64,000 nt of DNA, from positions 64,001-128,000 of the forward strand of contig CAWEJX010000016.1 of NCBI GenBank assembly GCA_963809485.1, read 5' to 3'. How positions within the stretch are numbered: position 1 is the stretch's first letter; every line of letters begins with the position of its first letter. The notes under the pieces are model-generated. The model was given only the letters and a program-made list of their open reading frames with translations, was not told where the DNA came from and ran no database searches. This DNA comes from an uncultured Acidobacteriota bacterium (lineage in GTDB: Bacteria; Acidobacteriota; UBA6911). The translations under genes and the position numbers were made by a program. Below are positions 29,351 through 38,675 of this stretch, one piece after another.

Positions 29351-31147
29351 CTACGGACGGACGGCCCGGGATTTGATGAATCCCTCAATTTTCTCCAAAA
29401 AGCCTCCCAGGGGCTGAGATCCTTCGTCTCCCAGGAAGCGGTTACGCACCGAAACCTCTCCCGATTGCGACTCCTTATCCCCGACGACGAGCATGTAGGG
29501 GATTTTTTGGTTCTGGGCCTCCCGGATCTTGAAGCCCATTTTTTCATTCCTGCAGTCAATCTCGACCCGGAGGTCCGCGCCCACCAGCCGGCGCATCACC
29601 TGGCGGGCATATTCCTGATGACGCTCGGAAATAGGTATTATAACCGCTTGAACCGGCGCCAGCCATATCGGGAACGCTCCTGCGTAATGCTCGATGAGAA
29701 CACCAAGGAATCGTTCGACCGAACCGAGCAGCGCTCGGTGCACCATTACGGGCTGATGGGCAAGCCCGTCGGAAGCCACATACGACAAATCGAAGCGCTT
29801 CGGCAGGGTGAAGTCAAACTGGATGGTCGAAAGCTGCCAGGGCCTGCCGATGGCGTCGATCAGCTTGACGTCGATCTTCGGCCCGTAGAATACAGCCTCA
29901 CCCTCCATGCGCTTCCATCCGATCCCCCGGGAGCGCAGTGCTTCGGTTAAAGCCTCCTCGGCCAGCTTCCAGTCCTCTTCCGTGCCAGCGTAGTCTCCTT
30001 TTTTGGATTCGTCCCGAACCGAAAGCTCCACCTTGTACTGATCGAATCCGAAACTTTGCATTATAAATAAAACCAAATCCATCGTATCGGATATTTCGCC
30101 GTAAACCTGATCGCGGGTACAGAAGATGTGGCCGTCATCCTGGGTGAAGCCCCGGACGCGCAGCATGCCGTGAAGGACGCCGCTCTTTTCATAGCGGTAG
30201 ACCGTTCCGAATTCGGCATAGCGAATGGGCAGGTCCCGATAGCTGCGCATGTGCGATTTATAAATCTGGATGTGCCCGGGGCAGTTCATCGGTTTGATGA
30301 CAAATTCATCGTCATCGATGTTGAACACGTACATGTTCTGCCGGTAGTAATCGTAATGCCCCGATATTCTCCACAAAACGTCGCGCGCCACGTGGGGCGT
30401 TGTCACGAATTCATATCCCCGCCGATACAGCTCTTTGCGCAGAAAATCCTCGATGATCAGCCGCACCCGGGTGCCCTTCGGGTGCCAGAATGCCAGCCCG
30501 GGGCCGGCCTCTTCCGAAATGCTGAAAAGGTCCAGATCTTTCCCCAGTTTGCGGTGGTCGCGCTTTTTGGCTTCTTCGATCTGCTTCAGGTACTCCGAGA
30601 GCGCTTCAGGCGTCAAAAACGCAGTCCCGTAAATTCGCTGCAGCTGCTGGTTGTGCTCGTCACCCCGCCAGTAGGAACCGGCAATGCTGAGGACGTGGAA
30701 GCTTTCGGGATGAATCTGCGCTGTGGAGCAGAGGTGCGGGCCGGTGCAGAAATCCACCAGGCCGCCCAGACGGTAGCATGATAAGCGGTCGCCGGCTTTT
30801 TCCCGGATCAGCTCGACCTTGAGGTGCTCTCCCTGCCCCTGGAAATAATCGATCGCCTCGTCTTTGGACATCATCGACGGTTCATACAGGAGGCCCTGGA
30901 TGGCAATTTCCCGCATCTTGTTTTCGATTTTTGCCAGATCCTCTTCCGCAAAGCCCTCCGGGCGCTCGAAATCGTAATAAAAGCCGTCGCTGATGGCCGG
31001 ACCGATCCCCAGGTGAGTCCCCGGAAAAAGCTTGTTTACCGCCGCAGCCATAAGATGAGAAATACTGTGGCGGTAAACCTCAAGCGCCGCATTTTCATCT
31101 GCTATCTCACCGATGGAGCCGTCTGCGCATTTGATTTTCAACGACAT
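29351..31147 (-). CDS. thrS: Threonine--tRNA ligase (TGS domain largely absent)
   Basis: RDHRKLG, KPMNCPGH, RVRGFTQDD, FYGPKID. Confidence 0.97.
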   Translation of the reverse strand: MSLKIKCADGSIGEIADENAALEVYRHSISHLMAAAVNKLFPGTHLGIGPAISDGFYYDFERPEGFAEEDLAKIENKMREIAIQGLLYEPSMMSKDEAIDYFQGQGEHLKVELIREKAGDRLSCYRLGGLVDFCTGPHLCSTAQIHPESFHVLSIAGSYWRGDEHNQQLQRIYGTAFLTPEALSEYLKQIEEAKKRDHRKLGKDLDLFSISEEAGPGLAFWHPKGTRVRLIIEDFLRKELYRRGYEFVTTPHVARDVLWRISGHYDYYRQNMYVFNIDDDEFVIKPMNCPGHIQIYKSHMRSYRDLPIRYAEFGTVYRYEKSGVLHGMLRVRGFTQDDGHIFCTRDQVYGEISDTMDLVLFIMQSFGFDQYKVELSVRDESKKGDYAGTEEDWKLAEEALTEALRSRGIGWKRMEGEAVFYGPKIDVKLIDAIGRPWQLSTIQFDFTLPKRFDLSYVASDGLAHQPVMVHRALLGSVERFLGVLIEHYAGAFPIWLAPVQAVIIPISERHQEYARQVMRRLVGADLRVEIDCRNEKMGFKIREAQNQKIPYMLVVGDKESQSGEVSVRNRFLGDEGSQPLGGFLEKIEGFIKSRAVRP

Positions 31148-31382
31148 ATTCTATAAACCAACTCTTGCCCGATTCAATCGAAAGGACAGAAAAAGAAATC
31201 CTTTTTGTGTGCTAGTCTGTAAACCTGGCAGGAAAAGCAACTCGACGGGTAACTTTCATCAGACTCATTCATCCAAGGAGGAGCGCTCGTTCCAAGCTTC
31301 TTTCCGCATTTTTAGCGGCATCTGGCTGCGCCAGCGGCATCGGATCCGTCCGCCGCCGCCCAAATCCGCATGGCAAAAAATT

Positions 31383-31457
31383 TGGTAGGCGCGAGCGGAT
31401 TTGAACCGCTGACCCCTTCCGCGTCAAGGAAGTGCTCTCCCCCTGAGCTACGCGCCT
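31383..31457 (-). tRNA. tRNA-Val (GAC)
   Basis: AGGCGCGTAGCTCAG..CTTCC-TTGACGC-GGAAG..GGTTCAAATCC..CGCGCCTACCA; 75 nt with encoded CCA. Confidence 0.97.
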
Positions 31458-31514
31458 AAAAAATAAGGACTTAAACTACCAGAAAGGCCGAAATAGTGTC
31501 AATACCATTTGCCG

Positions 31515-32765
31515 TCAGGCAGCCTTTTTGGCTCTCTCGCCGGCCAGAATCTCCAGCGCCTTGTCTATTTGAATCTTGTCGATCTTTTCCTGCATCAAGC
31601 GGAATTTGCCCGCGTCATCCTGGTCGTCATAGTACGATTCGACCGCCAGGTCCTGGCGCTTATCGTCATCCGGAGCTTGAATATCCGGCAAAATGCCCGC
31701 TTTGCGCACCACCTCATCCTGGATGACTTTCCCTCCCGGCGTGCAGTACTTGGCCGTAGACAAAATGAGCACAGCGCCGCTTTTCAACGGTATCGTCCGC
31801 TGGGCTGAACCGACCCCAAACGATTTTTCGCCCACGATGGTCGCCCGCCCCCTGTCTTTCATTGCTCCGGCTACCAGTTCAGCCGCGCCCGCTGTGGAGC
31901 CGTTGACCAGTACAACCACAGGAAGACCCGTGACGAAATTTTCAGCCTTTGCTTCAACGACCTGAACTTTTTCGCCTTGCCGGTTCTGGCTATAGTAGAG
32001 GATGCCGTCGCGCAAAAAGTAGTTTGCCAGCTCGGCGCCGCTTGAGGGCTCGCCATCCGCGCAGTCGCGCAGATCCAGCAGGATCTGTTCCGCGCCTGCG
32101 GAGATCAGCGTCTTCAGCCGGATCTTGACCTGTTCCAGCGACGCGCCGGCCAAGGACGAAACATCCAGGAACCCGACATTTCCATCCAAGATTTTGGAGC
32201 TGACCGGAGTCGCGGACCGGGATTTGAAGGTCATCTCGATATCCATCGGCTTTGTTCTGGTGCCTCTGAATATCGTAACTTTGACCTGGGACCCCGGAGC
32301 GCCGCGCAGCAGGCTGTCGACTTCCGGGATGCTTTTGTCCTCGACGCTTTGCCCTCCCACGGCGAGGAGATAATCTCCAGGGCGAACGCCCGCTTCCGCG
32401 GCAGGGCCATCGTGCTCACAGGACACCACGTATATCACATCGGATCGTTTGGAAAGGACCATCCCGAGGTTTACATTCCCGTTTGCATTACGCTTTTGAA
32501 GAGCATCGTATTGCTCCCTGGTGAGGAAGCTGCAATAGGGATCCAGGGCGTCAATCAACCCTCTCATGGCGCCTTCCTGAACTTTATTCATGTTCGGAGC
32601 CTCAACATAGTCATCATTGATTTTTTTGAGGACATCCATGAAAACGGAGAGTTCCTTGTAAGCGTCATCTCTGGCCACAACCTTGCCGTAGAAAAGCGCC
32701 GAAAGCCCATACAGCACGATGATTAAGGATCCAAGGAAGACAATCGATTTGCCCTTGTTGAACAT
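31515..32765 (-). CDS. S41 carboxyl-terminal protease family protein (PDZ)
   Basis: LDPY, PDZ, LDLR, TAGAAE, GEKSFGVG; catalytic Ser/Lys appear substituted. Confidence 0.85.
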   Translation of the reverse strand: MFNKGKSIVFLGSLIIVLYGLSALFYGKVVARDDAYKELSVFMDVLKKINDDYVEAPNMNKVQEGAMRGLIDALDPYCSFLTREQYDALQKRNANGNVNLGMVLSKRSDVIYVVSCEHDGPAAEAGVRPGDYLLAVGGQSVEDKSIPEVDSLLRGAPGSQVKVTIFRGTRTKPMDIEMTFKSRSATPVSSKILDGNVGFLDVSSLAGASLEQVKIRLKTLISAGAEQILLDLRDCADGEPSSGAELANYFLRDGILYYSQNRQGEKVQVVEAKAENFVTGLPVVVLVNGSTAGAAELVAGAMKDRGRATIVGEKSFGVGSAQRTIPLKSGAVLILSTAKYCTPGGKVIQDEVVRKAGILPDIQAPDDDKRQDLAVESYYDDQDDAGKFRLMQEKIDKIQIDKALEILAGERAKKAA

Positions 32766-32893
32766 CTTACCTCCCAGCCGGGTAGGGACTTAAACTTATG
32801 AATATTATAGCAACTGCACCGGCCATTCAAATGCGATTTCCTCCTGGCTTTCGTGAGGGTGTCTCTCCAGCCCCGTCCGATTAAATGTAAACA

Positions 32894-33137
32894 AGTCAGG
32901 TACCTCCGGCAAAGCCGGAGGCTTGTAAGATTTGAACCGCTCAAAGCGGTTGGAGGAGTTACGCCGATCCTAAACACCGACGCACGCTGAACGGACGCCG
33001 ACCCACGCCGAAAAAAAATTAATATATTTTTTTCAGCGTATGTCAGCGTCATGTCAGCGTACGTCAGCGTTTCAAAATACGGAGCTGTCAAACTCTTTGA
33101 GTGCTCCGGCAGAGCCGGGGGTTTACCCATGCAATTA
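32894..33137 (-). mobile_element. Family A element, copy A4 (both ends; ACGCYGA/TCAGCGT repeat cargo with AT-rich loop)
   Basis: Both terminal hairpins; the interior differs from A1/A2. Confidence 0.8.
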
Positions 33138-33242
33138 TCGCCCGGCGGGCGGCTCCGCTGGGATAAAAGCGCAAACCGGGTTCCGCCTAAAGCATCTGTG
33201 GAACGGGTTGACCGGCTGATGCGTGTATGTTCCAATGATTGA

Positions 33243-33662
33243 GTGGACTCGACAGGGAAAGTTCTGGCTGTGGACTACGGCGCAAGAAACATTGGGCTGG
33301 CTTATTGCGATGAGTTGGGCATGACGGTGCAACCTCTGGCGTCGATCCCCAACGCCGGGTGGAAGGATTTTATTCAAAGGATCAGAACCGCAATCGGAAC
33401 CTTTGATATCCGGAAGCTTGTGATTGGAATTCCCCTGAATATGGACGGCACGCGCGGCGACCCGGCGGCCAGGATGGAGCGGCTGATGAAGGCGCTCCAG
33501 ACTGCTCTGGAAATTCCAGTGGCCGGCGTGGACGAAAGGCTATCATCGGTTGACGCCGAAGAAATCTGGCGGAATATGAACGCGAAGCAGAGAAAGAAGT
33601 ATCGCACGGCGGATTCTCTCGCCGCGGCACTGATTCTCGAAAGATACCTGAAGGAGAAATAG
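33243..33662 (+). CDS. ruvX: YqgF/RuvX pre-16S rRNA nuclease
   Basis: LAVDYG..IGLA, GIPLNMDG, DERLSS, DSLAA. Confidence 0.93.
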   Translation: MDSTGKVLAVDYGARNIGLAYCDELGMTVQPLASIPNAGWKDFIQRIRTAIGTFDIRKLVIGIPLNMDGTRGDPAARMERLMKALQTALEIPVAGVDERLSSVDAEEIWRNMNAKQRKKYRTADSLAAALILERYLKEK

Positions 33663-33664
33663 CT

Positions 33665-34717
33665 TTGCGACGCCTTTTATTCCTCCTTGTTGCCGCATTT
33701 TCCGCCGCCGTCCTCGGGCTGCTCCTTGCGATGGCCTGGCTTCGCTCGGAGCTCGAAAACGCCTACTACAGTGGGACCGCCGAAGGCACCTTTGTAAACA
33801 TACCGGCTGGCTCGAGCACCAATGAAGTCGCCCGGCTTCTGGCAAATGCCAAGGTTCTTCACACCGAGCTGCCTTTCAGACTTTACATGCGATTCACAGG
33901 GGACAGCCGCCGCATCCAGGCCGGAGAATACAGGTTTTCCGAACCCGCCACGCCGCGGCATGTCGCTCAGAGGCTGGTTCACGGGGACGTATATTACCGG
34001 TCCGTCACCATTCCGGAAGGATTGACTGCCCTAGAGACGGTGGAACTGCTGGCCGAGAAAGGATTGGGAAACCGGGCGGAACTGGAGCAGGCCCTGCTGC
34101 GGACCGAATGGATACGGGATCTGGACCCCGGCGCCAAAAATCTGGAGGGGTACCTTTTTCCCGAAACCTATCGTTTCGGCCGCAAAACCGAGCCCGAAGA
34201 TGTTATCCAAGCCATGGTGCAACAGTTTCGCTCAAGATACTCGAGGATAGCGGCGCAATCGCCGGCACACGCCCGCTTGAGCGTCCCGCAAATCGTCATT
34301 CTCGCATCCCTGATCGAGAAAGAGGTCAAGGATCCGGAAGAAGGTCCGCTGGTTGCATCGGTTCTGGTCAACCGGCTGGAGAGGAAAATTCCGCTGGCGT
34401 GCGATGCAACCATCATTTATGCGATGAAGCTGGCAGGCGCCTATCGCGGCCGGCTGGGCAAGGCGGATCTGCAAATGGCATCACCCTATAACTCCTATTT
34501 GCATAACGGCCTGCCCCCCGGGCCGATCGCCAACCCGGGTGCCCGCTCCATCCGCGACGCCCTGAATCCCGCCGAAACCAATTATCTATATTACGTGTCG
34601 CGGAATGACGGGACGCACCAGTTTTCCACCAATTACACATCCCATATCAATGCCGTGAACCGGTATCAGAAGTCTCTGGCAGTCCGTCGGATAATGCAGG
34701 GCAAATCGGCACGGTAG
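33665..34717 (+). CDS. mltG: Endolytic transglycosylase MltG
   Basis: TIPEG, LEGYLFPETY, ASLIEKE, SPYNSY..GLPPGPIANPG. Confidence 0.95.
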   Translation: MRRLLFLLVAAFSAAVLGLLLAMAWLRSELENAYYSGTAEGTFVNIPAGSSTNEVARLLANAKVLHTELPFRLYMRFTGDSRRIQAGEYRFSEPATPRHVAQRLVHGDVYYRSVTIPEGLTALETVELLAEKGLGNRAELEQALLRTEWIRDLDPGAKNLEGYLFPETYRFGRKTEPEDVIQAMVQQFRSRYSRIAAQSPAHARLSVPQIVILASLIEKEVKDPEEGPLVASVLVNRLERKIPLACDATIIYAMKLAGAYRGRLGKADLQMASPYNSYLHNGLPPGPIANPGARSIRDALNPAETNYLYYVSRNDGTHQFSTNYTSHINAVNRYQKSLAVRRIMQGKSAR

Positions 34718-34742
34718 CGCGGACGGCTTTCGGTCGCCCGCA

Positions 34743-35132
34743 TTACTCTTGCAGCGGTTCCTGAGGCTTTTTGAGCTCTTCCGGGAGAAGCTCATGGACC
34801 TTCTGCGCAAACTTCAGGAAGCACTCCAGAGTGCTTTCTGTTCCCCATTGTTTGGCGGCTTCCGGGTCCAGGGGTTCATCCTCGTTCATGTCCAGCATGT
34901 GAAGAAGATGCTCATGCTCTGAGCGATTGAGGGGGCAATCCAGAGCCAGGCAATGCTCCGCGGTATGGCAGGACTCGTCGTTGACGAAGACATGGGCTAT
35001 GAACTGGCGGCGCACCGGGTCGTTGCCAATGTACATGTGGCGAACTTTCCCGGTATATCCGCAGATTGCCACGGAAAACTCCTGCCCGGTCGGCAGGTTG
35101 TAGTCGACCCAATTGGTGGAATATTTGGCCAT
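34743..35132 (-). CDS. Hypothetical protein with Cys/His cluster
   Basis: Clean 129-aa ORF filling the gap; CHTAEHCLALDC. Confidence 0.65.
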   Translation of the reverse strand: MAKYSTNWVDYNLPTGQEFSVAICGYTGKVRHMYIGNDPVRRQFIAHVFVNDESCHTAEHCLALDCPLNRSEHEHLLHMLDMNEDEPLDPEAAKQWGTESTLECFLKFAQKVHELLPEELKKPQEPLQE

Positions 35133-35347
35133 AAAAAGTTCAGCTTTCTCCGATTTCGCAGGTGAATATCCATCGGCGAACAATACGGCTACTTTCCACC
35201 CAAGGATACAGATATCAGCCGGCATATGCAACAAACCATTGATAATCCGGCCGATGCACCCCAGTTGTCAGCCTTTGTCCGCGCTATTCAAACCCGGAGA
35301 TTCGGCTCTCAATCAGCTCGATCCGCTCTGCTCCTCGAAAGATTGAC

Positions 35348-35992
35348 TTGAACCGAGGCCGGTGTTACATTCTCTGCGTGCGCTTACATTTACCGGAATT
35401 ATATCGCCTTGGGGGCAAGTTGTTGGTGTTTGCGGAGTTATTGCTGTGCGGACTCGGCACCGTCATGCTGTACGCGCAGACGCAAAAGCCCAACCTGCCG
35501 GACCCGGTCAAGTTTGTAAATAAAATCGACATTGTTGCCAATGTGGTTCGAGACGTATTTGAGGATATGGACCTCAAAATAGAGCTCGAAGACCGGAAAG
35601 GCGGAATTATTACCACCCGCCCCTCTGAATTCATCACGGGCTCTTTGACCTCGAGCGAGGTCGATAAGGTTGCCATCAAAAAAGATACGGTCACGGGCAG
35701 CTGGCTCAAAGCGCGCTATTCGGCCGAAGCCCTTATGGAGATAATCTCTCCGACCGAGACCATGCTCACGATCCGCACAAAAATGGAGGCGTTGAACCGG
35801 GATGTTGACGGGACCGAAAAATGGTTGCCGCTCGATTCCCTGGGTACCTATGAAAAACGCATCCTCGGGAAAATAAGCATGAAATTGCTGGGCAATGAAG
35901 CGCCCGCGAGTCAAAAAAAGGGATTCTGGGGCAAAAGCCCGCAGCCGGTCGATCCCAGGCAGCCCAGATTTCCCACAGGCCCATCCAGGTAA
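35348..35992 (+). CDS. Hypothetical exported protein (start uncertain)
   Basis: Signal-like segment then globular domain. Confidence 0.65.
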   Translation: MNRGRCYILCVRLHLPELYRLGGKLLVFAELLLCGLGTVMLYAQTQKPNLPDPVKFVNKIDIVANVVRDVFEDMDLKIELEDRKGGIITTRPSEFITGSLTSSEVDKVAIKKDTVTGSWLKARYSAEALMEIISPTETMLTIRTKMEALNRDVDGTEKWLPLDSLGTYEKRILGKISMKLLGNEAPASQKKGFWGKSPQPVDPRQPRFPTGPSR

Positions 35993-35996
35993 CTTA

Positions 35997-36803
35997 TTGA
36001 TCTCGATATTTTCGGACCCCAGAGTTTATCGAATCTTCTTCATAGCGCTTGCTGTCCTGATTGTCGCAGTCTTTTATCTCGTCTATCGAAACAAAGACAA
36101 GGGATTGAAGAAGGCAAAAGGGCGTGTTTTGCTTCTGAAGCTCGACAATGGGAAAACGCCGAAGGTCTCAAGCGCTGCTCCACAAGTCGAAAGCGAAGCC
36201 GTTAGCAAAGCCGTAAGCGAAGCCTTAAGCGAAGCCGTAAGCGCTGCCCCGCCGGAGGCTCCGGCGGATAGCGAAGCAACCTCGCAAGCGCCGGAAGAAC
36301 CGGCGTTTATAACTCTGGATCGACATTCCAGGATGACGGCCGATCTGTTTCGCGCGCTCCTGGCACTGCTAAGCCTGGTAGTGGCGGCAGGACTAGTCCT
36401 GGTCCTGCTGCCGCAGCCCGCCGTCGATCGCGTGGCGGACCGCCTGCGGGCTCGGCATGGGATTGCTCCGCCCGAGAAAATCGAATTTCTTTACCTGGGC
36501 GACGAAGTGAAGGGTACGGGCTTTTTGATCCGGGGAGTTGTGAGAAATATCTCCCCTGTTCCCATCGAGAAATTGGATGCGGCCGTGCGTTTCTACGCCC
36601 ACGACGGCACGATGCTGGAAACAACCGTGGTCCGCATGAGCACAGAAACCATCGATCCGGGCAAGATAGCCCGTTTCGAATTGCTCTATCCAAACTACAG
36701 CGGGGAATTTGGAAGCTATTCGGTCGAGTTCAAGTTGCGCCAGGGCTCCCTCGTGCCTTATAAAGATATGCGTGCAACCAGGGCAGAACCGGTTAAGGAC
36801 TAG
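35997..36803 (+). CDS. Hypothetical membrane protein with C-terminal FxLYD-like Ig domain
   Basis: Two TM segments; IRGVVRN..VRFYAHDG..PGKIARF; 12-bp tandem repeat at 36195-36242. Confidence 0.6.
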   Translation: MISIFSDPRVYRIFFIALAVLIVAVFYLVYRNKDKGLKKAKGRVLLLKLDNGKTPKVSSAAPQVESEAVSKAVSEALSEAVSAAPPEAPADSEATSQAPEEPAFITLDRHSRMTADLFRALLALLSLVVAAGLVLVLLPQPAVDRVADRLRARHGIAPPEKIEFLYLGDEVKGTGFLIRGVVRNISPVPIEKLDAAVRFYAHDGTMLETTVVRMSTETIDPGKIARFELLYPNYSGEFGSYSVEFKLRQGSLVPYKDMRATRAEPVKD

Positions 36804-36915
36804 AGTCGTGGAGTTTCCGGTTGCATGCGGACAATCCCCTCCTAGACTCAATAACACAGAGAGCTAAGGACCATCAGGCACAAATTCCAGCCAGGCCGGC
36901 GGATTCATCTCTTCC

Positions 36916-38673
36916 ATGACCGATAAGAAATACCCTCTTCTTTTTTTGCTGCCCTATCTGGGCAGATACCGCCTCAAGATAGCCTTGGGCTCTCTCATGG
37001 TGGTCATGACGGTCGTTGCCAGCATGTTTTCGCCCTGGGTGCTGAAATATGTCGTGGATGGGCTCAAGCAGGATATTTCCAGGGACAAACTGCCCTACTA
37101 CGCGGCGCTGATCCTGGGAATTTCGGTGGTGGAAGGTTTTTTCCGCTTCTGGATGAGGAGGATCCTGATCGGAGTGAGCCGGCTGGTCGAATTCGACCTT
37201 CGCAACGATTTCCTGGCTCATGTTCAGAAAATGTCCCTGTCCTTCCTGCAGTCGCGCAGCACGGGAGACATTATGTCCAGGGCCACCAACGACCTCAACG
37301 CAGTTCGATCGGTTCTCGGGCCGGGCATCATGTATTCCATGAACACCATTGCCCTGGTGATCATCAGCACGACCATCCTGTTGAACCTGAACTGGCAGTT
37401 GACGCTGATGGCTTACGTCCCGCTGGCCCTCGTATCGCTCACGGTCAAGAAAATCGGGAACCAGATTCACGATCGATTCGAGAGCATTCAGGAACAGTTC
37501 TCGAACCTGAGCACCAAAGCCCAGGAAAATATATCGGGAATTCGCGTCGTTAAGGCGTTTGCCAGGGAACAATCCGAAATGGATGAATTCGGGAGGCTCA
37601 ATACCGAATATATCCGCCGGAATATATCGCTGATACGCCTCTGGGGGATTTTTTATCCCCTCATGACCGCGCTGATAGGAATGTCCTCGGTGGCGCTGCT
37701 CTGGTACGGCGGGCGCCAGGTTATCCAGGGCCGGCTGACCCTGGGTGAGTTTGTGGCTTTTATGGGCTACCTCGCCATGCTGAGCTGGCCCACCATAGCC
37801 GTGGGCTGGGTCATCAATATCTTTCAGCGCGGCGCCGCGTCCATGGGAAGGATGCTGGAAGTTATGCACGCGAAGCCGGAGATCCGGGATGAGGAGGGGG
37901 CCTCCGCCCCCGAGCCGGTTCAGGGCGCCTTGGAGATACGAAACCTGACCTTTCAATACCCGAACTCCACAGGTCCGGCTCTTCGCGCCGTCAGCCTCTC
38001 GGCGCCGGCCGGGACGACTCTGGCCATCGTGGGGCACACCGGCAGCGGTAAGTCGACTCTTGTCAATCTGATCCCGAGGCTTTTCGATCCCCCGCCGGGG
38101 ACGGTTTTTGTCGATGGCAAGGACATACGGCAGTGGCCCGTGTCGGAGCTGCGCAGGAACATCGGCCATGTTCCCCAGGAAACGTTCCTGTTCTCGGATA
38201 CCATCCGGGAAAACATCTCCTTTGGAGGCCGCTCGGGAATGACGGACACCGAGGTGGGGCAGGCGGCCAAAGCATCTCAGATCGCGGAGGACATCGAAAC
38301 CTTCTCCAACCAGATGCAGACTTACGTGGGCGAACGGGGAATAACCCTTTCGGGGGGACAGAAGCAGCGAGTAGCCATAAGCCGGGCGGTGGCAACCCTG
38401 CCCAAGATCCTGATCTTCGACGATTCTCTGTCGAATGTCGACACGTACACGGAAGAAAAAATTCTCGAACAGCTGACACGGATCATGCGGGACCGGACCA
38501 CGATCCTGGTATCCCACCGGATCTCCACGGTCCGCAACGCGCATCAGATCGTGGTGCTGAAGGACGGCGCCATCGTGGAGCGCGGAACTCACGATTCGCT
38601 GATGGAATTGCAGGGCACATACGCGGAACTCTACAGAAAGCAGCTCCTCGAAGAGGAGCTGGCGACGACCTGA
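36916..38673 (+). CDS. ABC exporter ATP-binding/permease subunit
   Basis: GHTGSGKS, LSGGQ, non-canonical Walker B FDD (degenerate site). Confidence 0.93.
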   Translation: MTDKKYPLLFLLPYLGRYRLKIALGSLMVVMTVVASMFSPWVLKYVVDGLKQDISRDKLPYYAALILGISVVEGFFRFWMRRILIGVSRLVEFDLRNDFLAHVQKMSLSFLQSRSTGDIMSRATNDLNAVRSVLGPGIMYSMNTIALVIISTTILLNLNWQLTLMAYVPLALVSLTVKKIGNQIHDRFESIQEQFSNLSTKAQENISGIRVVKAFAREQSEMDEFGRLNTEYIRRNISLIRLWGIFYPLMTALIGMSSVALLWYGGRQVIQGRLTLGEFVAFMGYLAMLSWPTIAVGWVINIFQRGAASMGRMLEVMHAKPEIRDEEGASAPEPVQGALEIRNLTFQYPNSTGPALRAVSLSAPAGTTLAIVGHTGSGKSTLVNLIPRLFDPPPGTVFVDGKDIRQWPVSELRRNIGHVPQETFLFSDTIRENISFGGRSGMTDTEVGQAAKASQIAEDIETFSNQMQTYVGERGITLSGGQKQRVAISRAVATLPKILIFDDSLSNVDTYTEEKILEQLTRIMRDRTTILVSHRISTVRNAHQIVVLKDGAIVERGTHDSLMELQGTYAELYRKQLLEEELATT

Positions 38674-38675
38674 AT

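Noticed and set aside
31383-31515. Integrative element at tRNA-Val
   Set aside because: No integrase or duplicated tRNA 3' end; flanked by housekeeping genes.
36874-38592. 572-aa antisense ORF (likewise 61638-63281, 20367-21395, 27066-28088)
   Set aside because: Shadow ORFs opposite well-supported genes in GC-rich DNA, with no recognisable motifs.
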